NCBI GenBank assembly: GCA_030390025.1
Contig: CM059432.1
Coordinates: forward strand, 126,296,001 to 126,360,000
Direction: 5' to 3'
DNA length: 64,000 nt
Source: Squalus acanthias
Taxonomy: Eukaryota
In this document: one piece after another, positions 12,453 to 26,143 of the stretch
How the letters are laid out: each line of letters opens with the position of its first letter
Position numbering within the stretch: position 1 is the stretch's first letter
The notes under the pieces: generated by a model
Told to the model about the DNA's origin: nothing
The model's database searches: none
The model's input: only the letters and a program-made list of their open reading frames with translations
Position numbers and translations under genes: made by a program

Positions 12453-14284
12453 AGCATGAAGCAGTAATAAAGTACTTAAGGTAAGAACTAGAATGGCATA
12501 CAGTCTCTCTAACGTAACAACAGGAGCAATCTCTGGACAAAAATACAAGAGAATTATAGAGCTAGAGAATTTATATTATTTTTCTTTCCTCTAATTTTCC
12601 CCCCAGTCATTGCTGCTGTGATACAATTCCACAGGTGCCAAGAACCTTGCCAAAGTGAGCATTCTTCATACGTGAGACTGGACATCAAGTGTTGGTGAGC
12701 TATTCAACCACTGAGCCATTATAACCAAGCCTGCTCTTTTCCTGAAATGATCTTCAGACATACACAATTTCTAGTGGAATGCTGGATAAAGATCAGAAGC
12801 AAAAAGTGTTGGCCAGCTTTCCTCCCACTCCCAAAGCCAGGAAATCTGAGCAGAAGTGTAGTGTTCTCATTGCTGCCCGAGCTGAGCTTGGCTAACTCAG
12901 CGCAGACTATAACTTGCATGCCTACAGAATCATACCGCACAGAATTGGATCATTCAGCTCATTGTGCCTTTGCCAGCTCTTTGAAAGAGATATCCAATTA
13001 GTCCCACTCCCTTGTACTTTCCCCCATAGCCATGCATTTCCCCCCCCTTTTCAGTATATATCCAATTCCCTCATAGACTCCTCGTGTAAAGAAAATGCCA
13101 CAAATGCTCGACAAGGTAGGAAAAAAGGTGTCCACCAAGATGGAAAAAATAGAGGTAGAGAATTTCTGGGAGGAGTAAAAGCAGACTCAAAGAAAGGCCT
13201 CAAGGCTTTTGATGGCTGGGAGGGAGGAGACACGTAAAGAAGATTTTGAAGAGAATTCCAGTGTGATTTCCTGTTAGGCGGTACCAGCAGACAAGGCTCA
13301 TCTGGAGCGCACATTTGGACTCATTGCAACCAAACAGTTGTTTTAGGATAAAATGCACTGGGGTAAATTTTCTTGCCCAGATTTCCGATATGCTAAAGAT
13401 GAAAATATACTCCATAGCGAGTGTCTTGGAGAATTCTGTACTGTAGAAAAGTAATGCAAGTAAGATCACAAGCGTGCTCCCATGATTTCCTGCTGATTTC
13501 CCACTAGACGCACTATTAAGTAGTTTTCTGGGGTAGTGGAGTTGGTAATTTTACACTGGTTCTGAGGATGCTGCCGTGACTGCTTTCTGACATTTTATGG
13601 CACGTGACAGAAGAAGGTTATAGTAAAAGTTCTTGGCTGTATCACATTCTATTGCAGCAGTGGCTTTCAAACATCTGTGTGGCAGATCCCTGCTAATAGT
13701 GACACACTCCTATGGACCCTCCCTCTCCTAACATCCAAAAAGAACATTAATTACCTGAAATAAAACTGCTGCCATTAATATACAGCAACAGAAGTGTTAG
13801 CAAGCCAACAAATATAGAAAAATATAGATATCTGATGACATGTGGACAAAAATTTGATGACTTTGTGTATCTCCAGGATCTTCTTGTAGAGCCCCGAGGG
13901 TCTGAGACCCTCAGTTTGAAAATCTATGCATTACAGGAAAGAAAGAATTTTAAAAAATACTATAATATATATATGGGGTATATATTATATATCAATAGCA
14001 CAAGAAGTGTAGTTGTAGACAGGGCCAATTAAAATGATTGTACAAGGGGTTTCTTTGCCCCAATCAGGGATAAGTTTTGTGTGGATAAAACGGTGAGTTA
14101 CTAACACACACTACTTGAGCAGTAGCAGTTTTAGCCATGGCGAAGAGTCGTGACTGACCACTGGATAGTAACAAGCTCGCACTCCCATCCACTTTCCAAC
14201 ATGACTGCTCTACTTCCCAGAACACACAAGGCTCCAGATCACTGACAAAATCACGTAAATACAGAACTTGAACTGTTTTATACA

Positions 14285-14490
14285 TGATGTGGAGATGCCG
14301 GTGTTGGACTGGGGTGGACAAATGTGAGAAGTCACACAACACCAGGTTATAGTCCAACAGCTTTATTTGAAATCACAAGCTTTCGGAGCGCTGCTCCTTC
14401 GTCACGTGATGAAGGAGCAGCGCTCCGAAAGCTTGTGATTTCAAATAAAGCTGTTGGACTATAACCTGGTGTTGTGCGACTTCTCACATT
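14285..14490. mobile_element. Short Penelope-like-derived element forming a zero-spacer palindrome, with 11-bp TSD
   Basis: TSD TGTTTTATACA at 14274-14284 and 14491-14501. Arms 14318-14405 and 14406-14493 are reverse complements with 2 mismatches. Each arm carries a hammerhead-like motif. Confidence 0.85.
14402..14438 (+). ncRNA. Hammerhead-ribozyme-like motif with C3-to-G core change (mirror copy at 14373-14409 on the minus strand)
   Basis: UCAC-GUGAUGA-A-GGAGC(AGC)GCUCC-GAA-AGCU-U-GUGA. Stems I, II and III are present, but the core reads GUGAUGA instead of CUGANGA. Confidence 0.6.
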
Positions 14491-14547
14491 TGTTTTATAC
14501 AAAGCTGAGTTTTGCAGTGTTGAAAACCCAAAACAGCTATAAAGGTC

Positions 14548-17500
14548 TTTGAACCAATAGAGGGGGGAGGGCTTGGGTAGAAATGAAAATAAAAGTGAAA
14601 ATAGCCTAAAGATAAGAAAAAGGGATGAGCGCGAAGTCCAAATCATAAACTGTATTTAAGGTAATATAAATAATTCAGGTTCATAAAAGAATATAGGAAA
14701 TAATAAAAACTGATAAAAATACCACAGGAGTAATGAAAAATATAAGGTCTTTAGAAAGGACAGGGCAATTGGAAAAAGAGAAGCAATAATGATAAAGGAC
14801 ACTATTACCGCATTAGAAAGAGGGGCTATCAGTAGGCTGAGTGAGCAGGCAGCAGAAACGCTCTTGGTAGAATTGAGGAATAGAAAAGGATGCAAGACTT
14901 TGGTGGGAGTTGTCTACAGACCTCCTGATAGCAGTGAGGAAGTAGTGGGATGCATAAACACAAAGATCAGAGAAGCTTGTTGCAAAAACAGTGACAATAA
15001 TGGGAGACTTTAATTTTCACGTAGACTGGGAGAAGCAGAAGAGCTCGAATTCCAAAAGCGGCAAATTTCTTGCGTGCATTTGAGACAGTTTTTTGGAACA
15101 ATATGCTCTTGAACCAACAAGGGAACAGGCCATATTAGATTTAGTGATGAGTAATGAGCTGGAATTAGTAAATAATCAACAACAACTACTTCTATTTCTA
15201 CAGCACCTTTAACGTATTTACACACCGAGCCACATAAGGAGACATTAGGGCAGATGAGGTAGGTTTTAAGGTGCATCTTAAAGGAGGAAAGAGAGTCAGA
15301 GAGGCGGAGAGGTTTAGGGAGGGAATTCCAGAGCTTAGGACCTTGGCAGCTGAAGGCACAGCCACCAATGGTGGAGCGATTAAAATCATGGATACTCAAG
15401 AGGCCAGAATTGGAGGAGTGCAAATATCTCGGAGGGTTGTAGGGCTGGAGGAGATTACAGAGATGGGGAGGGGCGAGGCCATGGAGGGATTTGAAAACAA
15501 GGATGAGAATTTTTAAATCGAGGCGTTGCTTAACTGGAAGCTAATGTCGGTCAGCGAGCACAGGGGTGATGGGTGAACGGGACTTGGTGCGACTTAGGAC
15601 ACAGGCAGCAGAGTTTTGGATGACCTCAAGTCTACGGAGGGTAAAGTGGGAGACCGGCCAAGAGTGCACTGGAATAATCAAGTCTAGAGGTAACAAAGGT
15701 ATGAATGAGGGTTTCAGCAGATGAGTGAGGCATGGGTGGGGTTGGGAAACGTTACGGAGGTGGAAATAGGCGGTCTTAGTGATGGCGTGGATATGTGGTC
15801 GGAAGCTCATCTCGGGATCAAATAGGACACCAAGGTTGCGAACAGTCTGGTTCAGCCTCAGACAGTTGCCTGGGAGAGGATGGAGTCGGTGGCTAGAGAA
15901 CGGAATTTGTGGCGGGGACTGAAGACAATGGCTAACGTTAAGGGACCGCCTAGCTAAGAGTGACCAAAACATGATTGAATTCGATATTGGGTTTGAGAGG
16001 GAGAAGGGTGAGTCACAAATAAGATTTTAAATTTAGGTAAGGTGGATTTTGGAGGGATGTGACAGAACTTGAGAATAGACTGGGCAGAACTATTAATGGA
16101 TAAAACTACAGATGAACAGTGCGAGTTGTTCGCTAAATGGCAAGAGCCTAAACAACCTTGCTCAACAAAAGAAGTGAGGAATAGTATAAAACTAAAAGAA
16201 AGGGCTTATACAAATGCAAAAAACAGTGAGATTCCGCAGACTGGGAGAGATACAAAGAACAGCAAAGGGATATAAAGAAAGTAGTAAGAGCTGCAAAAAG
16301 GAATACGAGAAAAAATTTGAGGGCTAGCAAGGACAACACTAAAGGATTTTACAAGTATATTAAGAGAAAGTGTGGGCTACGAGTAATGTGGGCCCCCTAA
16401 AGACAGAAACAGGTAATATTATAGTTGAAAATCAGGAAATGGCAGACTTGCTAAATACTTACTTTGTATTGGTCTTCACAGTATAAAGTACTAGAGATAC
16501 GAGGAAAAGTTACTAGAATCTGTTATTAGGGACGGAGTGGCTGAGCACTTGGACAAAGATGAACTGATCAGAGAGAGCCAGCATGGATTGTAAAGGTAAG
16601 TCATGTCTAATAAACATAGTTCCATTTTTGAGGAGGTAACTAAGGTGGTAGATAAGGGAGTGTCTATGGATGTTATTTATATGGGCTTCCAGAAGGAATT
16701 CAATAAGATTCCACATAAGAAACTAACAAAAATGAGAGCACATGGAATTGGAGACAACTTATTGACATGGGTGGGGAATTTGTTAGGAGGTAGGAGACAG
16801 AGAGTAGGGGTAATGGGTATCTACTCCAATTGGCAGTGGTGCCCCCCAGGGATTTGTACTGGGACCTCAGCTTTTCACTGTATTTATAAATGACTTAGAT
16901 GAAGGCATAGAGGTGCATATATCCAAGTTTGCTGATGACAACAAGTTAGGTAGCACAGTAAATAGTATAGATGGGAGCAGAAAGTTGCAAATGGACATTG
17001 ATAGACTAAGTGATTGGGCAAAACGGTGGCAGATGGAGTTCAATATGGTGAAATGAGAGGTCATCCACTTTGAACCTAAGCAAGATAGATCAGAGTATTT
17101 TCTAAATGACAAGAAGGAAGAAACTGTGGATGAGCAGAGAGATTTAGGGGTCTCAGTACAGAAACCACTTAATGCTAGTGGACAGGTACAAAAATTAATT
17201 AAAAAGGTTAATGGAATGTTGGCCTTTTTATCAAGGGGGTTGAAAGGGGTGGAAGTTTTGTTACATTTGTAAAAAGCTCTGGTTAGACCCCATCTGGAGT
17301 ACTGCATTCAGTTCTGGGCACCGAACCTCAGGAAGGATATATTAGCCCTTTGAGGGGGTGCAGCGCAGATTCACCAGAATGATACTGGAGCTAAAGGGTT
17401 AAATTATGAGGAATGGTTGCATAGACTAGGCTTGTATTCCTTTGAGTGTAGAATATTAAGAGAGGATCTAATTGAGGTGTTTAAAATTATTAAAGGATTT

Positions 17501-17840
17501 GATAGGATAGATAGAGAGAAACTATTTCCTCTGGTGGGGGAGGCCAGAACAAGGGGGCATAACCTTAAAATTAGAGCTCGGCCATTCAGGGGTGATGTCA
17601 GGAAGCACTTCTTCACACAAAGGGTAGAGGAAATCTGGAACTCTCTCCCCCAAAAAGCTGTTGAGGCTAGGTCAACTGAAAATTTCAAAACTGAGATTGA
17701 TAGATTTTGTTAGGCAAGGGTATTAAAGGTTACGGAACCAAGACAGGTGGATGGAGTTAAGATACAGATCAGCCATGATCTAATTGAATGGTGGAACAGG
17801 CTCGAGGGGTTGAATGGCCTACTCCTGTTCCTATGTTCCT
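14548..17840 (+). mobile_element. Degraded CR1 LINE (EN + RT) interrupted by an L2 fragment
   Basis: LVGVVYRPPDS (EN), FADD region near 16925, RGHNLKIRARPFRGDVRKHFFTQRV, and 3' end gaatggcctactcctgttcctatgttcct. Internal deletions present. Confidence 0.85.
15177..15933 (-). mobile_element. L2 LINE 3' fragment nested in CR1
   Basis: Minus translation VRNLGVLFDPEMSFRPHIHAITKTAYFHLRN and GGCAFSCQGPKLWNSLP, typical of the L2 ORF2 C-terminus, with a (gtt)n tail. Confidence 0.85.
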
Positions 17841-17849
17841 TACTGGTTA

Positions 17850-20800
17850 CAAAATATATTTCCTGAAAGAAAAGTGAAGAAGAAGAAAAAAAACAGTTTG
17901 GACAAGTCAGCCGCTCCATGTAGGCAACCACTAATACTGATTTAAAGGGCCAGCGTCACCTCTGCACAGTTGTTCGGAAAACTTTCCGGTTCTGTTGACA
18001 AAACATGTGACAAACAGAATCCGCATTGGAAAGATCTCATGTTTCAAAAACATTGCCATGTTACTTGTATGTGGTATCATCATGACACAAAACTCTTTCA
18101 GGATTTCACAGCTCAGAAGTATGGATGGCCTTTCCCTTTAATTGTAGATTGAAAAAAATATACAATTCAAAATGACTTCATAACCTTATGATTAAATAGA
18201 AAAACCATCAGCAGGATTAAAAATAAGTAGCTTGTGACTATTTCACGTTGCATCTTTAAATGCCAATTTGTTTTCTCCAACATTACAATACTGTTGTACT
18301 GAGGAGCTACCCACTCCCCATTCGCAGTGAAACTAAGAACTCATTTATATAGGAAAATTTATGCTATTGTGTGAGGAAACAATGGAACAGTTTAATTTAA
18401 TCAGTCTGGAAAACATAATTTTAACAACATCTTTGTGTATCAGCATGAATTTGTAAACGTGATCAAACCTCACCCAATACTGATGAAGTACGCAGTATGA
18501 TGTTAAGCTTCAATGATAAAATGCCTTACAGGTTTAAAAGTGGCTGACTTGTCATCACTACTTTCCTTGAGATTCAACGCTTTCAAAAATGATATTCACA
18601 AACAGCAGTGTATTGTTCTTTGATTTTCCTCATACAATATAACAGTAAAATCGCTATTCCTGTTATTACAGGAAGATGCATGCATATTATTATATTAAAA
18701 TTAACTAATAAAATATTTGAAGAGATTCACCAACATAACTGTTATCTCACTGATACACTACAAACAGAGAAACTGATTCTTATCTTAAGGAGAGCTTCTG
18801 ATTACAAGTGTAGAATTCCAAAGCTTCGGATTATCTTGTCTAATGGAAACAGTCACGCAAGAGACACACGATTTAAAAGGGAACTCTGTCCCCATTTTGA
18901 ACAAAATGCAAAAAACAAATTTCAGCAGTATACTCGCAAACAAAATCCCAGCAAACATCTTGCTTATTTTCAAGCCAACATGTTATAGAAAGTTTACACA
19001 GCATAGCTACATAGCACAAGCTGGCCATAGTGAGGTCATCCTGCCCAGAATGCAATGAAGACAGAAGAAAGAGCAGCAACCACTTGTGAGTGAGAACATT
19101 GCAACATTACAAGCAACATGCAGTTCAAAACACTTGCCGAAGGGATTTGTTTGCAGGTAAACTACAGAAACCAATTACTTTTTGAATGATTAGTGTTTCT
19201 CCTTTAATGTTGCATGCCAATGTACAGCACTTATCCATAACATTAGAATAAGCAATTCAGTACTTACAACCCTAATATAAATTTAACCAGGCAGGTACTA
19301 ATACAAAGAAGTTTCTTGTTGGTAGTTTGGCCACCAATTATTATCTGAATACTCAGTAACTGAGAGCTGTATAAATTAGATATGACTTCAATGACAAACA
19401 GAGCTGCCAGTTCCTCTTAGACTGAGCTGTGGGCATGTAATTCTCAACTTCAAGATAAATAAATCCTGCAAAGCCACATTACCTACTGATCTACTGATTA
19501 GAAAACGCAAGCATTAATAATTTGAATGCTGATTTATGTGAGAGATAACTGTTGCAGGAAATCCAATGACAGCGTTAAATTCTCCCCTTTAAGTACTATG
19601 TAGCGCTCTCTCTACATCGACCTATTTACCCCATTAATGTTTCTGACTCTAACTTCTGCACTGTTTTCCCTGTTGCACCAGTGCATATTTGCATTTCCCA
19701 GTCTGCCTATCCTCGGTGCATATTCTATGTGAGACTGTCCCATTAGTAAGCTGCTGTTTGGGACTGTGGCCCTTGAGAAATAGTGAGTAGCGCTGGGTTA
19801 AATTGTCACACTAAGATATATGGACATGTTATGAACTGTTTGGTTTTATCTGGCAGATTAAACTTGAAAGAAAGAAAAAAACAGATTTGTTTAGGATGCA
19901 GATATATTCTACCATTACTACAACATGATTTAAGGGAGCCAATCATTTGTGTGTTATAATGAGGCATGCACTACAGTAAATGTCCTATAAACTATAATAT
20001 ATTAAAAATCTTACATCTACATGCACTTGTTCCTGTGCAAATTTTTTCCATGATAAATTCCTATGTCCACATTTATGATGGACCCCGCCCATGTAAACTT
20101 GTCACACTATAATTACAACCTCCCAAGTGGTGGCGCTGTAGTTTTGTGTATCTCAGCTCCTCAGCATGTACTGCAAAGAGACTCCTATGCTTCAACCAAC
20201 TCTACTTCCCAAATTGCTGCAAGTTTTGTTAGTTAACTATAAATAATAATATAAAATCAAAGTATTATATTAAAACAAGTACAGAATGTACAACTTTAAA
20301 ATGGAGACTGATTTGTGTTTGCGTGCCCTGGTCCAATTATCTCTTGCTCTCTTCACCTGAAGACTACACTTGCTCTCGACTCCCTGGGCAAAACTTTCAA
20401 CTTCGGCGGGTTAATGAAGTCAATGGAAAAGAAAAGGGGGGCAAGGTGCATAACGGGTGACCTACCCGCTACTGCCCGTTTTATGCCCCCGCTGAAGTTG
20501 AAGGTTTCATCCGGTGTGCAATGTCACGGGGAGCGACCAGTATAGCATGAAGTGTGACATGAAAATATTGGCAGTGAAGCTCCAGCAGCCTTATGCCAGA
20601 GAGCTTTATAATAGGGGTGCAGAATAAGCCTGATTGTTTTTCCTCCATACTTCTTTAAACTCATATTTGTCAGACTATGGCTTCATCTGACTGAAGTTTA
20701 GCAGAAGGCAGCTCCAGCTCCAATACATGACTACCCCCATCATCAGTTCTATAGGAATTGGATCTCACATTTATAATAGACCCACTCTCTTCATTCTAAC

Positions 20801-21369
20801 AACACTGGGTCCAATTGACTCCCAATATACTTAGAGTATTAACATCTCTCATACAAGGGCTACAGCATAAACATTCACCTGACTGACTTCTGCTTGCTTT
20901 TAACAACATTGATAACTTTGCTTTCTCTCTGAATGCAGTGGGATGAAGAGTAACTGGTGTCTGATCTGCTAGGACACGTCTCTCACAGACGCAAGTATCT
21001 GCTCTCTTCCAGTTCCGTGATTAAGAGACACAAGGATACAAGTCCTTCCTGAATAGAAATAAAATCAAAGCCTTATAAACTACTTCCCCATCCCTTTCTA
21101 GTTCAAATTAAAAATATCAAATATCTGAGAGATTTCTGATCAAAGGAATTACAATTATTGTAACAATACATTCACACAGCTGAAAAATGGTTCTGTAATA
21201 TTTCCAAACACAGTGTTTAATTAAACAGCCATTTACAAATTCAGAATTAAAAAGCAAACAGGGCTAAAAGATGGCAGATTTGGCCATGAAGAGGTGACGA
21301 GCCACCAGTGATGTAATGGCAGGAAGCAGAAACACAGCCACACTAAATGTCATTTTCTTCATTTTGGAA
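17850..21369 (-). other. NCALD: Probable NCALD 3'UTR (distal limit unknown)
   Basis: AT-rich, nearly repeat-free sequence directly after the stop codon, up to the next CR1. Only variant ATTAAA signals were seen on the minus strand (for example about 19203 and 18391), so the poly(A) site is not defined. Confidence 0.45.
20386..20512. mobile_element. Small palindromic MITE-like element in the putative NCALD 3'UTR
   Basis: gggcaaaactttcaacttcggcggg is the near reverse complement of cccgctgaagttgaaggtttcatcc (about 25-bp arms). No clear TSD. Confidence 0.6.
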
Positions 21370-21579
<210 letters not shown>

Positions 21580-23094
21580 TTATTCCGAGCACAATGTTTT
21601 GAGTAACTTTTTTTTAATAATAATGTTTTAAAAAATGTATCAGAACAGCCACTCTATTTCCCTGAGCAGTGTCAGACATAACTATGTATTTCAGGCAAGC
21701 CCTTTCCATCACTGAACTACAAAAATATGTACTCAAATCTCATTTCATCTCTCACCCCGTGTTGCTGCGTGGTCCCAATACCCTTTCACCATGAATTAAT
21801 CTAGATCACCAGCAGGGCATTTCCAACTGAAATATCTTACCTGTTAAGAATGAGGGAGAAGGCCTTCCCTGATGCCCGAGGAGGTCAATGCATTGTAGGG
21901 CTAGGTACTGAGTTTTATTAGAAGTGCAACCAGATATAAAGAGTTGGGGAAACATCAGGAGTAATTATAGGTTTGGAGGAAGAAAAAAAGGGAGATATAA
22001 CCCATACCAAAATATTTGGTGGGCACATGTTCCTCTCATCCTCATGTCCCCTCCCCATGGTTGCAATTGTGATGATTTAGCGGACCTCTATTATATATTT
22101 CATATCATCGTAGATATATGGGGTAAATGCATTTGAAAAATAACTAGAGTTAGGATGGAAGCTGCTTTTTCCTACTCAACTTCAAAACGCAGACCAGATG
22201 TTGAAAATGACAGGCAGGTTCTTTGATCTGCAGATTAGCCAAGATGGAGAAACCTGGTTTTGAGGTGCTAATCAAATTATTGGTCCTTTGAAAGACAATG
22301 GGTATTTTATTTATAGATTCTAAATCATGCCAGTCAGGCATAGATTTGGTTTCAGTTGCTGGGAAATGTTAAATTATGTAAGCTTACAAATGGATTACAT
22401 CTAAATGGCTGAACCATCAAGGAGACTTTGCTTGAATGTAGATTAATACATCAATCCAATTTTCTCATTAGCGTGGAATGCAAAAAGATTATTGATTGGC
22501 TATATTTTGGTCTGGAATATATACTGTACCTTTTCTCACCATCTTCAGTTCGGTTTCTGAAATTAACATTGAGATTCATGGGCCAACATGAGATTGTGTT
22601 GCCCACGTACAGCATCACATCAGTGAAGGTTTATGAAAGACTATTATCAAAATACCTTACTGTGTAATAAATTGTTTAAGAAATGCATTCTGGAAAAATA
22701 TATTTTAACTCCTATGGATATTCTATTGTTATTATTTTCTACCATCAACAACTTGTGTTAGTCTGCTTCTGTTTAATTATCTTAAATTAAAAATCTGATT
22801 ATTAGTTTTAGCCTGAAAGTGACGGTCTAAAACTGTGATATTTACTGTCTTTCATAGTAGACAGGAGAAAGCATGGGGTATTCCACATAGGTGCATTATA
22901 CCACAGTTAAGTGATAACTGTTAGTCCTACAACATGCTGTTCCACTCATACCACACATAAGGATGTAAGTTTCAGTTCATAGGAGAGCTTGTCTATTTAC
23001 TGAAAGTGCCTTTCTGCTGTGAATGCAAGGTAAAAATTGGAGGAGAAGGCCCAAATCATAAAATTGCCTATGAAAAATATCAGGTAAATTACAG

Positions 23095-23750
23095 CTTTGG
23101 TCTCTGATCTGTACAGAGTTAGCTGTTCTCTGCAGCATTAGATGTGGGGGCAGCCTTCATGTCCCAAGCAAGGGAGAGGAAAAAGATAGCCAGGATTCCT
23201 GCTCCTGATCTTGATAGAAGTGCATATATGTGGATGGTTCATGGAGAAAGCATCAGGCTCACCTGTGATATTAGCCCTTAAGCATACAGTCTGATAACAC
23301 TCGCAGTGTGACACTCCCTAATTTGTAAAGGCTGCATATAACTGACCCATCAAGACCCAAAGGCCCCACATCCAATTGCTGGTCTTAGCTGGGGTGTGAT
23401 CATGATTGGAATCAGCTAAGGTTCCCACTCCTGATTGCTATTCAGTGGCCCCTGCTGGAAAGGTACATGTGTGCACAATGGATGAGGGCATGAGTGTGCT
23501 CAGCTATGACAGTGCTTTTCCCCATGACTGACCAGCCTGCCAATGCTCAAAGGCCCATACATGAAAAATGTCCACTTGAGCTGCTACTAAAAGGGTCTTG
23601 TAGTACCGAACCTCTTCAGGAAAGGAGGGCGAAATTGGAGGGGAAAAGAAAAGCACTCAGTGTCAGGCTCACATATGAAGAATGGCTACTTATGCCTAAG
23701 CATCAGAGGACTGTGAGTCTAGCAGGAGTCACTGTCTTCAGGTGAGAAAG
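23095..23750 (+). repeat. Old SINE-like interspersed repeat, partially tandem copies
   Basis: Repeated blocks (ttcctgctcctgat / ttcccactcctgat; catgaaaaatgtccactt / atatgaagaatggctactt). A related antisense copy lies near 12600-12860. Confidence 0.45.
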
Positions 23751-24466
23751 GGAGACATGGCAGATATTAAATGTGATGAAAACTTTCCAACGTAAAGCAA
23801 TATAAAAAGCTACTAGAACATGGAGGCAGTTAAATCCTTTGTTATTTTTAGTACACCCATTACCTCAAACAGCATCGTTCTGTGTATATAAATAATCGGG
23901 TCAACATCTACGTTAAAATATCACAGACAGGAATTTTTATAATGAAGTTAAAAAGTGTGCTAAAAATAGTGTACAGCAGGACTTAAACTCATGCATGTAT
24001 AAAGAGAACTGATTTAACTTAACATTTATTGTTTACTTACTGCTCTTCAACTGGTCACATTGGCAAGAAATGTACAACATAGTTACGGTTAACTTTTGTT
24101 TCTCCTTTTCTTAAATGCAATGCACTCTCTGAGAGCTGTATAAGAAGTTTCTTATAAAAGGGGTGTGCTATAAAAGCCAGCACATTCTGCAAGTACTCTA
24201 TTAAAAATAGAGCCATAGCCAACGGGTTATAGTTTCCAACAAGCACTGCTTCTGTACAAATGTTGAATATGCTTGTACTAAATTCCTTTCATTCCTTTTT
24301 AATCTGTGGTATTAATCAAGTTATTTTAAGTGTTTGTATGTGAACATCATCAGTCAGAAAATGTACCCCACCATGTCTTGTATGAGAGAAGATTATAATG
24401 ATGGGCTACTGTTTGAAGACATTTTGTAAGAGTTAAAAGCTGGAGATAATCGAAAAGTAAGCCCTA

Positions 24467-24592
<126 letters not shown>

Positions 24593-24629
24593 CTATATAA
24601 AATTAAAGGTACATCAAGCAGTTTTATAT

Positions 24630-26143
24630 CATAAGAACATAAGAAATAGGAGCAGGAGCAGGCCATTCAGCCCCTTGAAGCCTGCTCCGCCATTTAATGA
24701 GATCATGGCTGATCAGATTTTGGCCTCAACTCCACTTTCCTGCCCGCTCCCCATACCCCTTGACTCCCCTGTTGCTCAAAAATCTGTCTATCTCAGCCTT
24801 GAATATATTCAATGACTCAGTTTCCACAGCTCTCTAGGGTAAAGAATTCCAAAGATTCACGACCCTCTGAGAGAAGAAATTCCTCCTCATCTCCGTCTTA
24901 AATGGGCGACCCCTTATTCTGAGATTATGCCCCCTCGTTCTAGATTCCCCCACGAGGGGAAACATCCTCTCAGCATCTACCCTGTCCAGCCCCCTCAGAA
25001 TCTTATATGTTTCAATAAGATCATCTCTCATTCTTCTAAACTCCAATGAGTATAGGCCCAACCTGCTCAACCTTTCCTCATAAGACAACCCTTCCATCTC
25101 AGGAATCAACCCAGTGAACCTTCTCTGAACTGCCTCCAATGCAAGTGTATCCCTCCTTAAATAAAGGGACCAAAACTGTGTGCAGTACTCTAGGTGTGGT
25201 CTCACCAGCGCCCTATACAGTTGTAGCAAGACTTCCCTATTTTTATACTCTATCCCCCTTGAAATAAAGGCCAACATTCCATTTGCCTTCCTAATTACTT
25301 GCTGCACCTGCATGTTAACTTTTTGTGTTTCATGTACGAGGACACCCAAATCCCTCTGTACCGCCGCATTCTGTAGTCTTTCTCCATTTAAATAATTTTT
25401 TTTCTATTCTTCCTACCAAAGTGGATAACTTCACATTTTCCCACATTATACTCCATCTGCCAAATTCTTGCCCACTCACTTAACCTATCTATATCCCTTT
25501 GCAGACTCTTTATATCCTCCTCACAACTTGCTTTCCCACCTATCTTTGTATCGTCTGCAAATTTGGCTACAATACACTCGCTTCCTTCATCCAAGTCATT
25601 AATATAGATTGAAAATAGTTGAGGCCCCAGTACTGATCCCTGTGGTACCCCACTAGTTACAGGTTGCCATCCTGAAAATTACCCATTTATTCCGACTCTC
25701 TGTTTTCTGTTAGTTAGCCAATCCTCTATCCAATCTAATCTAATTACCTCCAACACCATGAGCTCTTATCTTGTGCAGTAACCTTTTATGTGGCACCTTG
25801 TCGAATGCCTTTTGGAAATCCAAATACACTACATCTACTGGTTTCCCTTTATCCACCCTGCTCGTTACCTCCTCAAAGAACTCTAATAAATTTGTCAAAC
25901 ACTATTTCCCTTTCACAAAACCATGTTGACTCTGTTTGATTGTATTATGATTTTCTAAATGCCCTGCTACTACTTCTTTAATAATGGATTTGAGCATTTT
26001 GCCAATGACAGATGTTAGGGTAACTGGCCTATAGTTTCCTGCTTTCTGTCTCCCTCCTTTTTTGAATAAGGGTGTTACATTTGTGGTTTTCCAATCCGCA
26101 GGGACTTTTCCAGAGTCAAGGGAATTTTGGAAGATTACAACCA
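24630..26143 (-). mobile_element. CR1 LINE, 5'-truncated RT portion
   Basis: ORFs 24834-25349, 25388-25594 and 25902-26144 (NYRPVTLTS, FADDTK, LYRALVRPHLEYC) with a (ttcttatg)n tail at 24630. Confidence 0.92.
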
